A stretch of 64,000 nt of DNA from Candidatus Obscuribacterales bacterium (GTDB lineage: Bacteria; Cyanobacteriota; Vampirovibrionia; Obscuribacterales; Obscuribacteraceae). Within the stretch, counting starts at the first letter, position 1; every line of letters begins with the position of its first letter. Below the pieces are notes generated by a model that saw only the letters and a program-made list of their open reading frames with translations, did no database searches and was not told the DNA's origin. The stretch spans positions 1,024,001 through 1,088,000 of the forward strand of contig CBDDIJ010000003.1 in assembly GCA_965228855.1 (NCBI GenBank). The letters are read 5' to 3'. A program made the translations under genes and the position numbers. Of this stretch, positions 47,541 to 58,700 are shown piece by piece.

Positions 47541-49490
47541 TTACTTCGATAAACTCATCGCCGCATGATGGTGGCGCTTGATCGTGCGAAGAACATTCTT
47601 CGCCCAGTCTTTGAGCGACCCAGAGCCTTCTTTGACTTCCGTTTCAAAAACTGTTATGGCGTGCATGTGCGCGTCCATTAAGACCTCAACGTATCTCTTG
47701 TCGAAATCGCTTCCTGAAAGTTCAGACAGGCTATCGATTAGCGCTTTTTGTTCGTTGTTGATATCGGGCGGCAAAATCAGACCCACACCAGCTGCCAGTT
47801 CTTTCAGCTGTTCATTTGCTGCGCTGTGTTCTGTCACCATCAATGATGCCAATTTTTTGACTTCCGGATCGCTAGCTTTACTTTCGGCAAGTTTGCCTAA
47901 TCGAACCTCGGTCATTCCATCCTGGGCAATTGCTGCGATACGCGCAATTTCAGCCGGCGATAGATCCAGTTTTGGCAATTTCTGTGCTGGTGAGCCGGAG
48001 ACTTCGGAACTGTCTATTACTTGTTCCGGTCTAAGGTCGACAGGAACGGTGCCTTTTAAAAGGTGAGTTGAAGGTCCGGTTTTCAAACCATGGGGGCGGC
48101 GTGATTCCAGGAATTTTGTTACCTGTTTCAGCTCTTCTGCCGACATATTACCTGCATAAGCCGGCATGTTGACTCCGCCGTTCACGATTCTGATTGTGAT
48201 TTGGTCCGGTGATAAGCGTTCGCCAACATCTGTTAAATCAGGGCCACGCCGACCGCCATGTCCTGAGATGACGTGGCAGTAGAGGCATCCACGATCGTTG
48301 AACACTTTTGCGCCCTTTTCGATGTCACTATCGGTGGTGCCAATAGCAGTTTTGGGAACGGGCGTCGCTTCAAATCTCGGTGTCCAATATTCGTTGACGC
48401 CTTCTTGCCATAGCGCTAAAACAGACCCTACTACCACTACCACGATCGCAACAGCCCATGGGCGTCTGCGCGCACTGCGCTCGCCGGTATTTGAAATGAA
48501 CGGAGGCGTCAACATTCCTACTACGAGGAAAACTGGGAAGAGGAGAATGAACCAATCTTCGAATTGCGCAGGCACAAGGGCTAGCAGCGCGAAGTACCAG
48601 GTCAAGTACCAGTCGGGCTTCGGTTCTGCGTTAATAAGTGAAGGGTCCGGTGGGTTTTCGATTACCGGAGGTCCAAAGTACAGCGCACACGCGCAAATTC
48701 CTAAAACAACTAGCGTGCTGAATACCGCATCGCGCCAGGCGGCGTGTGGCCAGAACGCAACACCCTCTTTCTTCAGTAATTCTTGATACTCTTCGCGATA
48801 GGTCTCGCGTTTGACTACCTTTCCTGCCTTCGGCGGTTCCGAGATACCGTGGTGCAAAACCAACCAGACGTGGAAACCTATCAAAGCGACAAGCAAAGCC
48901 GGAAATATGAACACGTGCATCGCGAAGAAGTGGCTCAGAGAAGCAGAACTCACGTTGTCTCCGGAGCAGAGAACGCGAACGAGCATAGGTCCGACAAAAG
49001 GTGCTCTCAATGCTTGTTCAGCACCGACAGCGATTGTCCAAACGGCTGTTTGATCCCAGCGCAAGACCTGCCCGGTAAATGCAATAGCGACGGTTAAGAA
49101 GAGCAGAAATACGCCGGTGATCCAGTTAAGTTCGCGAGGGAATTTGAAGGACCCGAATAGATATGTACGAATAGCGTGAGCACCAACGAAAATAATCATC
49201 GCTGATGCGCCGAAATAGTGTGTTGCGCGAAGCCACGATCCAAATGGGACCTGCTCGGTGATCCACTTGATGCTTTCCCAAGCCTGACTTCCGCTTGGTA
49301 CGTACAGCGTTGAAAGAGCGACGCCCGAGGCGAGTTGCACAATGAATGAGGTCATGATAGCCGTGCCGAACACGTAAGCCCAGGTCGATTTGCCCGGCAC
49401 CGGATGCAGCATCATGTGTATGAACGGCTTGACTAAGCCTGTTCTATCCTCAAGCCATTCAAGTGCTTTATCGATTACCTTGTTTGCCAT
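47541..49490 (-). CDS. Cytochrome b (b6 + subunit IV) fused to cytochrome c and a DUF4142-like domain
   Basis: RATHYFGAS, GAHAIR, PRELNWITG, FFAMHVF..GFH, KPDWY; CLYCH; EVRLGKLA..KA...VKKLA..MVTEH..AN..L...FDKRY....H. Confidence 0.9.
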   Translation of the reverse strand: MANKVIDKALEWLEDRTGLVKPFIHMMLHPVPGKSTWAYVFGTAIMTSFIVQLASGVALSTLYVPSGSQAWESIKWITEQVPFGSWLRATHYFGASAMIIFVGAHAIRTYLFGSFKFPRELNWITGVFLLFLTVAIAFTGQVLRWDQTAVWTIAVGAEQALRAPFVGPMLVRVLCSGDNVSSASLSHFFAMHVFIFPALLVALIGFHVWLVLHHGISEPPKAGKVVKRETYREEYQELLKKEGVAFWPHAAWRDAVFSTLVVLGICACALYFGPPVIENPPDPSLINAEPKPDWYLTWYFALLALVPAQFEDWFILLFPVFLVVGMLTPPFISNTGERSARRRPWAVAIVVVVVGSVLALWQEGVNEYWTPRFEATPVPKTAIGTTDSDIEKGAKVFNDRGCLYCHVISGHGGRRGPDLTDVGERLSPDQITIRIVNGGVNMPAYAGNMSAEELKQVTKFLESRRPHGLKTGPSTHLLKGTVPVDLRPEQVIDSSEVSGSPAQKLPKLDLSPAEIARIAAIAQDGMTEVRLGKLAESKASDPEVKKLASLMVTEHSAANEQLKELAAGVGLILPPDINNEQKALIDSLSELSGSDFDKRYVEVLMDAHMHAITVFETEVKEGSGSLKDWAKNVLRTIKRHHHAAMSLSK

Positions 49491-49539
49491 TTCGAACTCA
49501 TCTATCTAACTCTGCGCACTACGAAATTTCGCGAAAGCG

Positions 49540-50082
49540 CTAACCTTCGGTCAGCACTGGACCAACCTTGATTTCTACCTGACCCTTCGCGATACGAGTC
49601 GGATATCTGTGTAATGGACGCGGCGGAGGACCGCCTGCGACACTGCCGTCGCTATAGTAAACACCGCCGTGGCACGGGCACATGAAGAGCTCTGCGCCCG
49701 CTTCCCAGCGCACCGGACATCCCAGGTGCGTGCAGTTAACTGCGAATGCTTCGAAGTTTCCTTCGTCGACACGCCGTAACCAGGCAGTTCTCTTAGCGCA
49801 GTCGCCGTCCCATGGCAGACCGGTTGTATCTCTGAAAACAACTGCAACCGTTTTCCCTGGCTCGAATTTGTCGAGTTCACCGACCTTAATCCAGTCTTCT
49901 CTGCTGGGAACCAGAAAATACTCGAATGCGAAACCGATAGCAGGAATCGCGACGATCATTCCGATTAAACCTGAGCAGACAACACTCACGAGTTTGAGAA
50001 ACTCGGTGCGACTAATTAAAACCGTCGACCAATTGATTGCGACTTTCGGTTCTTCTTTCGGTTGTTCATCACTGCAACACAT
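49540..50082 (-). CDS. Rieske iron-sulfur subunit of cytochrome bc complex
   Basis: CTHLGC and CPCHGG; SRTEFL + TM; GPPPRPL. Confidence 0.95.
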   Translation of the reverse strand: MCCSDEQPKEEPKVAINWSTVLISRTEFLKLVSVVCSGLIGMIVAIPAIGFAFEYFLVPSREDWIKVGELDKFEPGKTVAVVFRDTTGLPWDGDCAKRTAWLRRVDEGNFEAFAVNCTHLGCPVRWEAGAELFMCPCHGGVYYSDGSVAGGPPPRPLHRYPTRIAKGQVEIKVGPVLTEG

Positions 50083-50482
50083 CTTTTCTCATATCCTCAA
50101 TCCAACCTGCTGCGCCTAACAAAAACAGAAACAGCCCTGCCAGTGACAATATCCAGTGCGTCACGACACCGAATGCAATACCAGTGGTGCCGAGCGCAAG
50201 AGTGGCGGGCCAGATCGTCGGAGGCGGAATTCTGATCAGCTCGAGCTCTTCGCCCGGGATCCACTCAACTTCGTGCGGCTCTGCATTTACTTCCGAAGAG
50301 TCGCCCGTGACCGCTGGCTGCCCTGCAGATTGTGGTGAATGCGCTGTCAGCGATAAGGTCGCTGCTGCCGATTGCTCGTCTGCATCTCGTTTGTCGACAG
50401 ATGCTTCAGCTGCAGCAGCTGGCTCCGTTTCCGCTGCTTTGTCTTCCGGTGATTGCTCATCAGGCTGCTGTTCTGACATCAT
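50069..50482 (-). CDS. Small membrane subunit, cytochrome c oxidase subunit IV (CtaF)-like
   Basis: IPPPTIWP + two TMs + GWIE; AAGGAG RBS; operon position. Confidence 0.65.
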   Translation of the reverse strand: MMSEQQPDEQSPEDKAAETEPAAAAEASVDKRDADEQSAAATLSLTAHSPQSAGQPAVTGDSSEVNAEPHEVEWIPGEELELIRIPPPTIWPATLALGTTGIAFGVVTHWILSLAGLFLFLLGAAGWIEDMRKDVLQ

Positions 50483-51272
50483 CAATCTCCTTTTCTGCAA
50501 GCCATTCAACCATCACTGCCATAAGCGCCCAGAAGAAAGTGAGCGTGCAGATTACCCACATGATTGCGCCCCCTAGCTTCTGATCTTCTACTGGATTCAG
50601 ACCCCATTCGTCGCGAAGCAGAGGAAGCAGATGGTATTGGTCATAGGGATGGGCGTAAGCGCTGTAGAAAGAAACATCAGAGATGGTGTAAACCATTCCG
50701 AGGATAGAAGCTAAGAACGCGGCTATCGTCAAATACGTTGTCGCCGACATCGGTTTAAGTCTTCCTTCCTGAATCGGTTTAAACACCGGCCACCAGAGCA
50801 TGACACCTGAAACGATATAAGTAATGTGCTCGATGATATGAATCGGCTCGCTTTGCAGAGTAATATCGTAAATAGGCGGCACATGCCATCCAAGCATTAC
50901 AACCGTGGCGATTGTTACTGTGAAAACCGGATTGGACAACGCGTTTTCAGCCCAGCGAATTGCCGGTACTTTCAACCAGCGTCTAACAAGCTCTTCTGAC
51001 AGCGACACTACCAGTAGTAGCGGACCGATGAATTCAAGAATCATATGCTGCAGCATATGAGCGCTGAAGAGATATTGATCGCCCAATTCGTCCAGCGGCG
51101 ACATCAGCGCCAGCCACAAGAGTAAAACGCCCGTCAGAAAAACGTAACTCTTAAAATCAAACGAGAATTTTTTCGACCACAAATACGCGCCGGTCATGGC
51201 GATTAAACCGATGGCGACCGATGGAATAGGTTCCCAATGTGATTGGAGCAAGTTTAAAAGTTCAGGCGTCAC
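50460..51272 (-). CDS. ctaG: caa3-type cytochrome c oxidase assembly factor CtaG
   Basis: SPLD, LFSAHMLQH, WHVP, EH, DQKLGGAIMW; GTG start overlapping the subunit III stop. Confidence 0.88.
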   Translation of the reverse strand: MTPELLNLLQSHWEPIPSVAIGLIAMTGAYLWSKKFSFDFKSYVFLTGVLLLWLALMSPLDELGDQYLFSAHMLQHMILEFIGPLLLVVSLSEELVRRWLKVPAIRWAENALSNPVFTVTIATVVMLGWHVPPIYDITLQSEPIHIIEHITYIVSGVMLWWPVFKPIQEGRLKPMSATTYLTIAAFLASILGMVYTISDVSFYSAYAHPYDQYHLLPLLRDEWGLNPVEDQKLGGAIMWVICTLTFFWALMAVMVEWLAEKEIDDVRTAA

Positions 51273-51877
51273 GATACGAATCTCCAGAGGTAAACGACGG
51301 AAAAGACTGCGACCCAGACTACGTCTACGAAGTGCCAGTAAAGCGAGACGCACGTGAGACCGGCTTCGGTCAGTTCACCTTGCTTGCCTCGCACCATAAT
51401 CCATAAAGCCACCGAAAGTAGTATCAAACCGACAATCACGTGGAATCCGTGGAATCCGGTCAATGTGAAAAATGTGCTTCCAAATAAGTCACGGCTTATA
51501 GTCAGCTTTTCGCTTATGAGTTCTGAATATTCCAGCGCCTGACCACAAATGAAAATTGCACCGAGCACAATCGTAATAATCATCCAGAAGATGGCCATGC
51601 CGCTGTGCTTTTCATGAGCTTTCTCTGACAGCCATAAGGTGAAGCTGCTTGCAAATAGTGCGATAGAGAAGAGACCGGTCTTGGTCACATCCAGGTGCCA
51701 TGCAGCCATTTCGCCGGTTCCGTACTGCGAATGGAAATTGACGTAAGCGAGAATGAGGAGGAGAAAGAACATCGATTCAGAACCGATGAACAGCAGCATG
51801 CCCATGACGTTGCGGTTCATTGTCATATTCGAGTCGAGTGGATGTTTCGCAACTGGTGCGACTGATTGATTATGCAT
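51269..51877 (-). CDS. ctaE: Heme-copper oxidase subunit III
   Basis: LFIGSESMFF, GQALEY, FFTLTGFHGFHV, YWHFVDVVW. Confidence 0.92.
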   Translation of the reverse strand: MHNQSVAPVAKHPLDSNMTMNRNVMGMLLFIGSESMFFLLLILAYVNFHSQYGTGEMAAWHLDVTKTGLFSIALFASSFTLWLSEKAHEKHSGMAIFWMIITIVLGAIFICGQALEYSELISEKLTISRDLFGSTFFTLTGFHGFHVIVGLILLSVALWIMVRGKQGELTEAGLTCVSLYWHFVDVVWVAVFSVVYLWRFVS

Positions 51878-53534
51878 GGTGTTCTCCATCGCCTCCACTG
51901 CCGAATTGAAGATCCCAGAGTGGTCGTCGGCTGCGGACAACCGGAACTCGTTCGAAATTTTCCCCTATCGGTGGCGAGTCCGCCAACCATTCCAGCGTCC
52001 ATGCATTCCAGGGATTTGGTCCGGCGATTTTTCCGTGATAGAAACTCCAGACCAGGTTGTAGAGGAAGAGCAGCATTGATGCGACCAGGACAAATGACCA
52101 GCATGACGAGAAGAAGTTCAACTCCGCCCACCCGGGCATCCCTAGAGGATATGTCCAGACGCGGCGGGGCATCCCGAGGACGCCGAGGATGTGCATGACA
52201 AAGAAGGTTCCGTTGAATCCGAATACCATCAGCCAGAACTGCCACTTACCGAGGGTTTCTGACATCATGCGTCCGGTCACTTTCGGATACCAGTAATAGA
52301 CGCCACTTATGAGCGAGAAAAGCATCCCGCCCACGAGCACGTAGTGGAAGTGAGCTACGACGAAATAGCTGTCGGTAAGTTGCCAGTCGAGCGGGATTAC
52401 CGCAAATGCAACTCCACTCAAACCGCCAATTGTGAATTGAATGAGGAACGCCATCGCATGCAGCATGGCGACGGTAAAGCGAAGCTTGCCGCCCCACATT
52501 GTCGCCAACCAGGACCAGACTTTGATACCGGTAGGAACTGCAATGAGCAAGCTGGTGACCGCGAAGATGTAGAGCGGCGCAAATCCAAGACCTGCGGCGA
52601 ACATGTGGTGTACCCAGACGCCGAAGCTCAAGAATGTGATAGCCACGGTCGATGCGGCCATTACGCCTGCTCCGAAGAGCAGTTTCCGAGAGAAGACCGG
52701 AATCACCTCTGATATGGCTCCCCAGCCGGGAAGTATCAGGATGTAGACCTCAGGATGACCGAAGAACCAGAAGAAGTGCTGCCATAGAAGTGGTGAACCG
52801 CCAACGGTGGCATCGAAGAACTTCGTATTCAAAGTGCGGTCAAAAAGGATCATGACCAGCGCAGCGTTCAACGCCGGAAGCGAGAAGACGACAAGAAAGC
52901 CGTCCATTAAAATCATCCAGACGAAAAGCGGAACACGTTTCAACGTCATTCCTGGAGCTCGCATCGTCAGAATTGTGACGATCAAATTGACACCGGTTGC
53001 CACCGACCCTATACCAGTAACAAAAAGACTCAGTGCCCAGTAATTTTGTCCGTTGTTGAACAGATATCCCTTTTCGCTTAAAGGCGGATATGCAAACCAT
53101 CCTGCAGCAGGCGCGCCTCCAGAGAGGAAACTGAAGAAGAGCATAATTGCGCCGAACAAATAAACCCAGTAGCCGAATGAGTTCAGCCTGGGAAACGCCA
53201 TGTCGCGCGCCCCGATCATCAGCGGAGTTAAATAAACAGCAAATCCGAACAGCAACGGCATTCCGACGAAGAACACCATCGTGGTACCGTGCATGGTGAA
53301 TATTTGGTTGTAGACTTCCTGGCTGACGACGTGCGACATTGGAAACATCAGTTGCAGACGGATTGTCAGCCCCATAAGGGCGCCGACGACGAGAAATCCG
53401 AATGCCGACAATATATAAAGAATGCCGAGTTGTTTATGGTCAATCGACGTCAGCCAACTGAGAATGCCCTGATATTCAGGAACTTCTGCTAGCCAATTAA
53501 CTGGTTTGTGCGTATGAATAGTCCCGCCGGTCAT
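51870..53534 (-). CDS. ctaD: A1-family heme-copper oxidase subunit I
   Basis: DHKQLG, TMHGT, DMAFPRLN, WFFGHPEVY, WVHHMF, PTGIK, VAHFHY, GMPRR. Confidence 0.96.
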   Translation of the reverse strand: MTGGTIHTHKPVNWLAEVPEYQGILSWLTSIDHKQLGILYILSAFGFLVVGALMGLTIRLQLMFPMSHVVSQEVYNQIFTMHGTTMVFFVGMPLLFGFAVYLTPLMIGARDMAFPRLNSFGYWVYLFGAIMLFFSFLSGGAPAAGWFAYPPLSEKGYLFNNGQNYWALSLFVTGIGSVATGVNLIVTILTMRAPGMTLKRVPLFVWMILMDGFLVVFSLPALNAALVMILFDRTLNTKFFDATVGGSPLLWQHFFWFFGHPEVYILILPGWGAISEVIPVFSRKLLFGAGVMAASTVAITFLSFGVWVHHMFAAGLGFAPLYIFAVTSLLIAVPTGIKVWSWLATMWGGKLRFTVAMLHAMAFLIQFTIGGLSGVAFAVIPLDWQLTDSYFVVAHFHYVLVGGMLFSLISGVYYWYPKVTGRMMSETLGKWQFWLMVFGFNGTFFVMHILGVLGMPRRVWTYPLGMPGWAELNFFSSCWSFVLVASMLLFLYNLVWSFYHGKIAGPNPWNAWTLEWLADSPPIGENFERVPVVRSRRPLWDLQFGSGGDGEHHA

Positions 53535-54487
53535 TTCAAGCTCTCCAGATAAACAGCGATGTCCTGCGCTTCTTCGTCGGTCAAGCGCATTTTGGGCATG
53601 TTCACACCCGGTTTAAAAGTCTGCGGATTCTGCATCCACTTTTTCAGGTTTTCAGTATTGTTGGCCAGGACTCCCGTTCCCAGCGTTTCGCGCTGAGCGA
53701 TGTGGGTGAGGTCAGGACCGATCAGTGCCTGCGCATCCTCGTTGCCTGCGACTCGGTGGCACTCGACACATGTTGCAGAGTTGAAAAGCTCTTTGCCTCG
53801 TACAGCTGCCGGGTCGGTTGGCTGTTCCGGAACGGCTCGTTGCTTTTCAATCCAGGTGTCGAACTCCTCTTGTGGAACCACGTTGGCGATGATTCGCATC
53901 AAACCGTGCTGGGCGCCGCAATATTCGGAGCAGGTGCCGAGGAATTTCCCTGTCTTTATAGGATGCACCCACATGTTTGTCGGGTGACCAGGAATGGCGT
54001 CCATCTTCTGTCCAAAGGCGATCACCCAGAATGAGTGAACCACATCGGCGGAGCGAAATTCGAACAGAGTATTTTTGCCAACTGGCAGGTAAAACTCATT
54101 AGCGGTGGTGACGCCTAGTTTCGGGTAGCGATACTCCCACCACCACTGGTGTCCAATTACTACTACATCGGGTTGTTTATTTCCGACTGGTGGATTGACC
54201 ACGAGCATAACGATGGCGGTGAGGACACCAAGGACGGTGACAATTAGTAAAGGAATAGCGGTCCAGATGATTTCGAGCTTGATGTTGCCTTGAATCTGTC
54301 TAGGTTCGCTGCCGTCGTCGTTTTCAGGAGTTCTAAACTTAGCGATTACTGCGATCAGCAGCCCGGTCACGACGAAGGCGATTAAGACGCAAATTGCCAG
54401 CGTGAACCAGTGCAAATCGACCAGATGCCTGTTTTGCAGACTCGCGACGTTGAAGATGCTTGTAAAATCGGCGTTTTTTATGTCCAT
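53531..54487 (-). CDS. ctaC: Oxidase subunit II with CuA and C-terminal cytochrome c (caa3 type)
   Basis: EIIWT, HQWWW, DVVHSF, CSEYCGAQHGLM, CVECH, PGVNMP; start trimmed to MDIKN. Confidence 0.94.
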   Translation of the reverse strand: MDIKNADFTSIFNVASLQNRHLVDLHWFTLAICVLIAFVVTGLLIAVIAKFRTPENDDGSEPRQIQGNIKLEIIWTAIPLLIVTVLGVLTAIVMLVVNPPVGNKQPDVVVIGHQWWWEYRYPKLGVTTANEFYLPVGKNTLFEFRSADVVHSFWVIAFGQKMDAIPGHPTNMWVHPIKTGKFLGTCSEYCGAQHGLMRIIANVVPQEEFDTWIEKQRAVPEQPTDPAAVRGKELFNSATCVECHRVAGNEDAQALIGPDLTHIAQRETLGTGVLANNTENLKKWMQNPQTFKPGVNMPKMRLTDEEAQDIAVYLESLK

Positions 54488-55401
54488 CCGCACACCCGAT
54501 CGATAACTACCGCAGCAAAAATAGCAGGCAAATACAGGACGCTCATCAAGAGCACCATACGAGCTGCTTTCCGCGATGGATTTCTTCTCCACTGCACGGA
54601 AGTGACAACAAGTGTTAGCCCGCCTACAAGTGTGGCGATTCCGTATGAAGGACCAGCAATCGAATTGCCGGTCCAATAAAGCATCGCCGATAGTGGCAAC
54701 AGTATTACGGCCGTTGCAATTGTTAATGCATGGGTTCTGTCGGAGCTTTCATCGATTGTCGTCAACATTTGAAATCCGGCAGATCTGTAATCTTCTTTAT
54801 AGATCCAGGCGATAGGCAGAAAGTGAGTGTGCTGCCAGATGAACAACATGGCAAACAAAAGCCACCCTCCCGGCGCCACCTCTCCTGCCGCAGCCGCCCA
54901 GCCGATTAGCGGCGGAATTGCTCCGGGAACAGCGCCGATCGTCGTATTAAGCCATGTCCAGCGTTTCGCCGGAGTGTACATGCCCAGGTAGATAGCCACC
55001 GCCGATAACCCGAGGGCGGTACACGTCAGGTTGCTAAACTCGAAAAGAATCAATGCGCCGGAAACGATCAACGACAATCCATATATCAGCGCCGCAGTAG
55101 GTGATATCACCCCTGCAGGTATAGGTCTCTGCGCTGTTCTCGGCATCATCGCATCGAGGTCGCGTTCGATATAACAGTTGATGGCGCATCCACCACTACT
55201 TAGCAATCCGGTTCCAAGCATCGCGGAGATGAACCGAACGTAATCGAAAGGGTCTTTGTATGCCAGTACATAGCCGACGGCACACGATATGACGACCATG
55301 AATGCGATTCGCGTTCTCGCGAGGTCTACCAATGCCGATGCGGCATCGAGAATGCGTTTGTTTCGCAGAAGTTGATTATCTTGGGATTCCGTTATTCGCA
55401 T
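54478..55401 (-). CDS. ctaB: Protoheme IX farnesyltransferase
   Basis: NCYIERDLDAMMPRTAQRPIP, YTPAKR, GAIPPLIGW, WQHTHF, DYRSAG. Confidence 0.94.
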   Translation of the reverse strand: MRITESQDNQLLRNKRILDAASALVDLARTRIAFMVVISCAVGYVLAYKDPFDYVRFISAMLGTGLLSSGGCAINCYIERDLDAMMPRTAQRPIPAGVISPTAALIYGLSLIVSGALILFEFSNLTCTALGLSAVAIYLGMYTPAKRWTWLNTTIGAVPGAIPPLIGWAAAAGEVAPGGWLLFAMLFIWQHTHFLPIAWIYKEDYRSAGFQMLTTIDESSDRTHALTIATAVILLPLSAMLYWTGNSIAGPSYGIATLVGGLTLVVTSVQWRRNPSRKAARMVLLMSVLYLPAIFAAVVIDRVCGWT

Positions 55402-55719
55402 AACGCAAGCAATTTTGACACAGTTGCGATTGCGTCACTTCTTTTGCAATGTGTTCGTTACATGCACTTTCTTCAAGCGTCCATCCCTGAGGGCTGAAAC
55501 TGCCCGCGCGGCGAGCCGATTCGCCGCATCTGCGGTCAGGTATTAAACTGCCTCTAATTAAGAAGGGCACAATAACGCTGAGGTAATTCCTTTACAGAAC
55601 GCAATGAGCAATATCATGTGATTAGCATCGCCTTCGTTCTATAACCGTCCTCATCAGGGTTTTAACACCACGTCGTCCGATGGTCTCTCTTAACCATTTC
55701 GATGAGCATCGCTTTCGTT

Positions 55720-58700
55720 TCAACGTCCATCGCGATCTTCAAGCGTGAATAATTGATAGTCGCCTGAACGCAGCTCGTGCACCTCGTCTTTGTAACCGAT
55801 CTTAATTGGCATGGCGCTTGAATGACGAGCGTGGACTTTCATTTTGTCCTGAAAGATATCGAATCCAATCGATTGACCTCGATAATGCAGAGAAAACGAT
55901 AGGCGCACCAGTGCTGGTGGCAACTTCGGGTCGAGCCAGAGTACATCGTCACGGGTCTCCAAACCGGTGTAACATCTCTGCGCAATGTCAACTGTACCAG
56001 CCATAGCCCCCATGTGAATTCCAGTCTTGGCGGTGCCTCTGGCTGCGACATCATAATAGTCACTACCGAGCGCTTCGTAGAAAACTTCATGCTCAGCACG
56101 CCTGTGCAGTTCCTGACACTCCTTGTGATTGCCGGTGCGCAACCGCTCTAAACGGCTCAAGACCCAGGAGTGAGCTACCCGACTGAGCGTCGATTCGTTT
56201 GCTGTCCTGGGCAAATAATAATCAACCAGATCGTCGAGTGCTACGCAGCTTTTTGGGTAGCCCAGATTCTCTATTAGCTTCTCGATTTCGCCGGGAGAAA
56301 AGAGAAAACCGAGCATCAAAATGTCTGCCTGCTTCGACAATTTGTAGTCGTTTAAATATCCGCGATGCATCTTGAGCTGTGCTTTCAATTCTTTGTGAAA
56401 GCTCTTGTCATGTGCTCCTTTCGGAAATTCCTTCAGATCTTCGAAGCCCTCGAACTGAGACAGTAATCCGTTCTGCATTATTGGTAGAAAGAGCTTCGTA
56501 GAGACATCTTCCCAGAGTCGAATCTCGTCGTCTTCGATTTCAAGACGGGATCTGATTTGCTTGCTGTGGTCAGAGGGCATTTCGTTGAGCAACACAAGTG
56601 CGCGGCGAATTGTCCATGACGCCAATATGTTGGTGTATGCATTATTGTTTATCCCGGCTTCTTTCGCTCCTGGATAAGCGTTGTGAAACTCATCCGGTCC
56701 GATTACACCTGTGATTTCGTAACGTTCTTTCTCCTCGTTATAACGCGCATAAGTGGCGAAGAACCGAGCAATCTCCATAAGCATTTCGGAGCCGAATGAG
56801 TACATGAACTGATGATCCAGCGTAACCTGGTAGTACTGCCAGATGTTGTAGGCGATTGCACCGTTGACGTGTATTTCACGATGCGTGTGATCCTTTATCC
56901 ACTCGTGGCGCTCCTTCATCCACCAGTAATTAGGCGTCCGCTCTTTGCCGTCACTAGCACTCTGCCAGGGGAAGCATGCGCCTCTGGCGCCGTATTTCAG
57001 TGCGATCTTTCGAGCTTCGGGCAGGCGGCGATACCTGTATTTAAGCAAAGCGGCGCTGATATCAGGCATGCGCAGATTGATAAACGGAAAGACAAACAGA
57101 TCATCCCAGAATATGTGCCCCTGGTATCCTTCACCGGTCCAGCCTCTCGCCGGTATGCCCGTGTCCAGGTCCACCGTGTGCGATGAGGCAGTTTGAAGGC
57201 AATGAAAACTGTTTAAGTGCAAGAGTAGAGAGGGAATCAATTTCGAGTGCTCTTCCGACGCCTCTAAAAAGAGATCGAACTGCTGCCAGAGCGAGCGCCA
57301 GGTATCAATCTGACTTTCGATCAAGTCGTCGAAAGATGGCGCGTCATCTACTTCTTCACGGGTGGCACTTCCAGGTTCGTAAATGCCATTGTCACGTGAG
57401 GTGTAGACCGCGCAAATTTTTTGAATAGAGATACTCTCGCCTTGAGTGAAATCCAAGGTGATTTCGGATATGGCGCGTTCATCCTCGCAGCGTCCTTTCC
57501 ACCTGACGTTGGGGTGCGAGGGAATTGATGTCCTCGTTGCTAAAGCGACAATCAGACCAGAATCGCTCGTTGTCACTTTGAGAAACAGCTCGTTGTCTTG
57601 TGCGTCACATTCAACTACTTTCAAGTGTTTTGTGTGCTTGTAATTGGGATCAACTGAGTCACCACTATTGGTGACACTTCCGTCTATTTCTGTCTTTACT
57701 CTGAGCTTGCCGGACCAGTTTCTAGCTTCTATTTCAATTTCTTGACCAGCCAGATGGCTGAAATGCATATGAACGAAGCGCCGCTCTCGGAGAGTTGTCT
57801 CGTGACCTTCTTTGTCTTTGAATTTAACTTCTCGGTACAAAATGCCCTGCTGCAGATTTAGCTTTTGTGAGAAGTCTTCTATTTCAACCTCGTCGATTGA
57901 AAACCAGTCTCCATCATCTATCGAGAATGTGAGAGGGAGCCAGTTAGGCATATTGACCAGTTCCTCCCGGTCAAACTCTTCGCTACTGGGGCCAAGTCTA
58001 CTAGAATTGTATGCACCCGCAATGTACGTTCCAGGATAGTGCACATCATCTGCCACCGCATCCGATGCTGCGCCCCTGGTGAAGAAGTATCCGTTGCCGA
58101 GAGCGCAAAGCGATTCTCGCTTCATCTCCGTTTGAGGATCATACCTATTGTACGAAACGATCCAGTTAGCTTTAGTCACATCAAGATCGGACATAGCCAT
58201 CTGTGGCAATTCGTTTTTGCCGCAATTAGAAAGGTCGCTCAACTCTGGCAGAACTTCGGCAAGGTCTCTGACTACGATATCCGCGCCGTGCTCCGCTAGA
58301 GCCTTACCGTTACCGGAGCGAGCTACTCCGATAACCATTCCGAATCCGCCCTTCTTTCCAGATTCGACTCCGGCTTCGGCGTCTTCAACTACGATCGCTC
58401 GATCCGGTTTAACACCGAGCTGCTCGGCGGCTTTTAGAAAAGTATCGGGAGCAGGCTTTCCTTTGAGGTGCAGTTTAGCTGTTTCCACGCCAGTCACGTA
58501 GGTATCGAATAAGCTACTCAGCTTGGTCACTTTCAAAATTTCGACGCCATTTTTGCTTGCGGTAACCAGCGCAGTCTTTATATTCGCTTTGCGTAATTGA
58601 TTGATAAAGGCGACTGTCGTTTCATAAGGCTCGACGCCCTTTTCATGAATCAACTCGAGGAAACGCTGATTCTTTTTCTTTGCCACGCTCTCTACCGATT

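Noticed and set aside
54488..54676. Long N-terminal extensions of oxidase ORFs (ctaC; likewise ctaG and ctaE)
   Set aside because: They overlap upstream genes; coupled starts at stop/start overlaps fit better.
55402..55719. FNR/CRP site upstream of the oxidase operon
   Set aside because: Best match (TGTGA-N6-TCGCC) is too degenerate to support.
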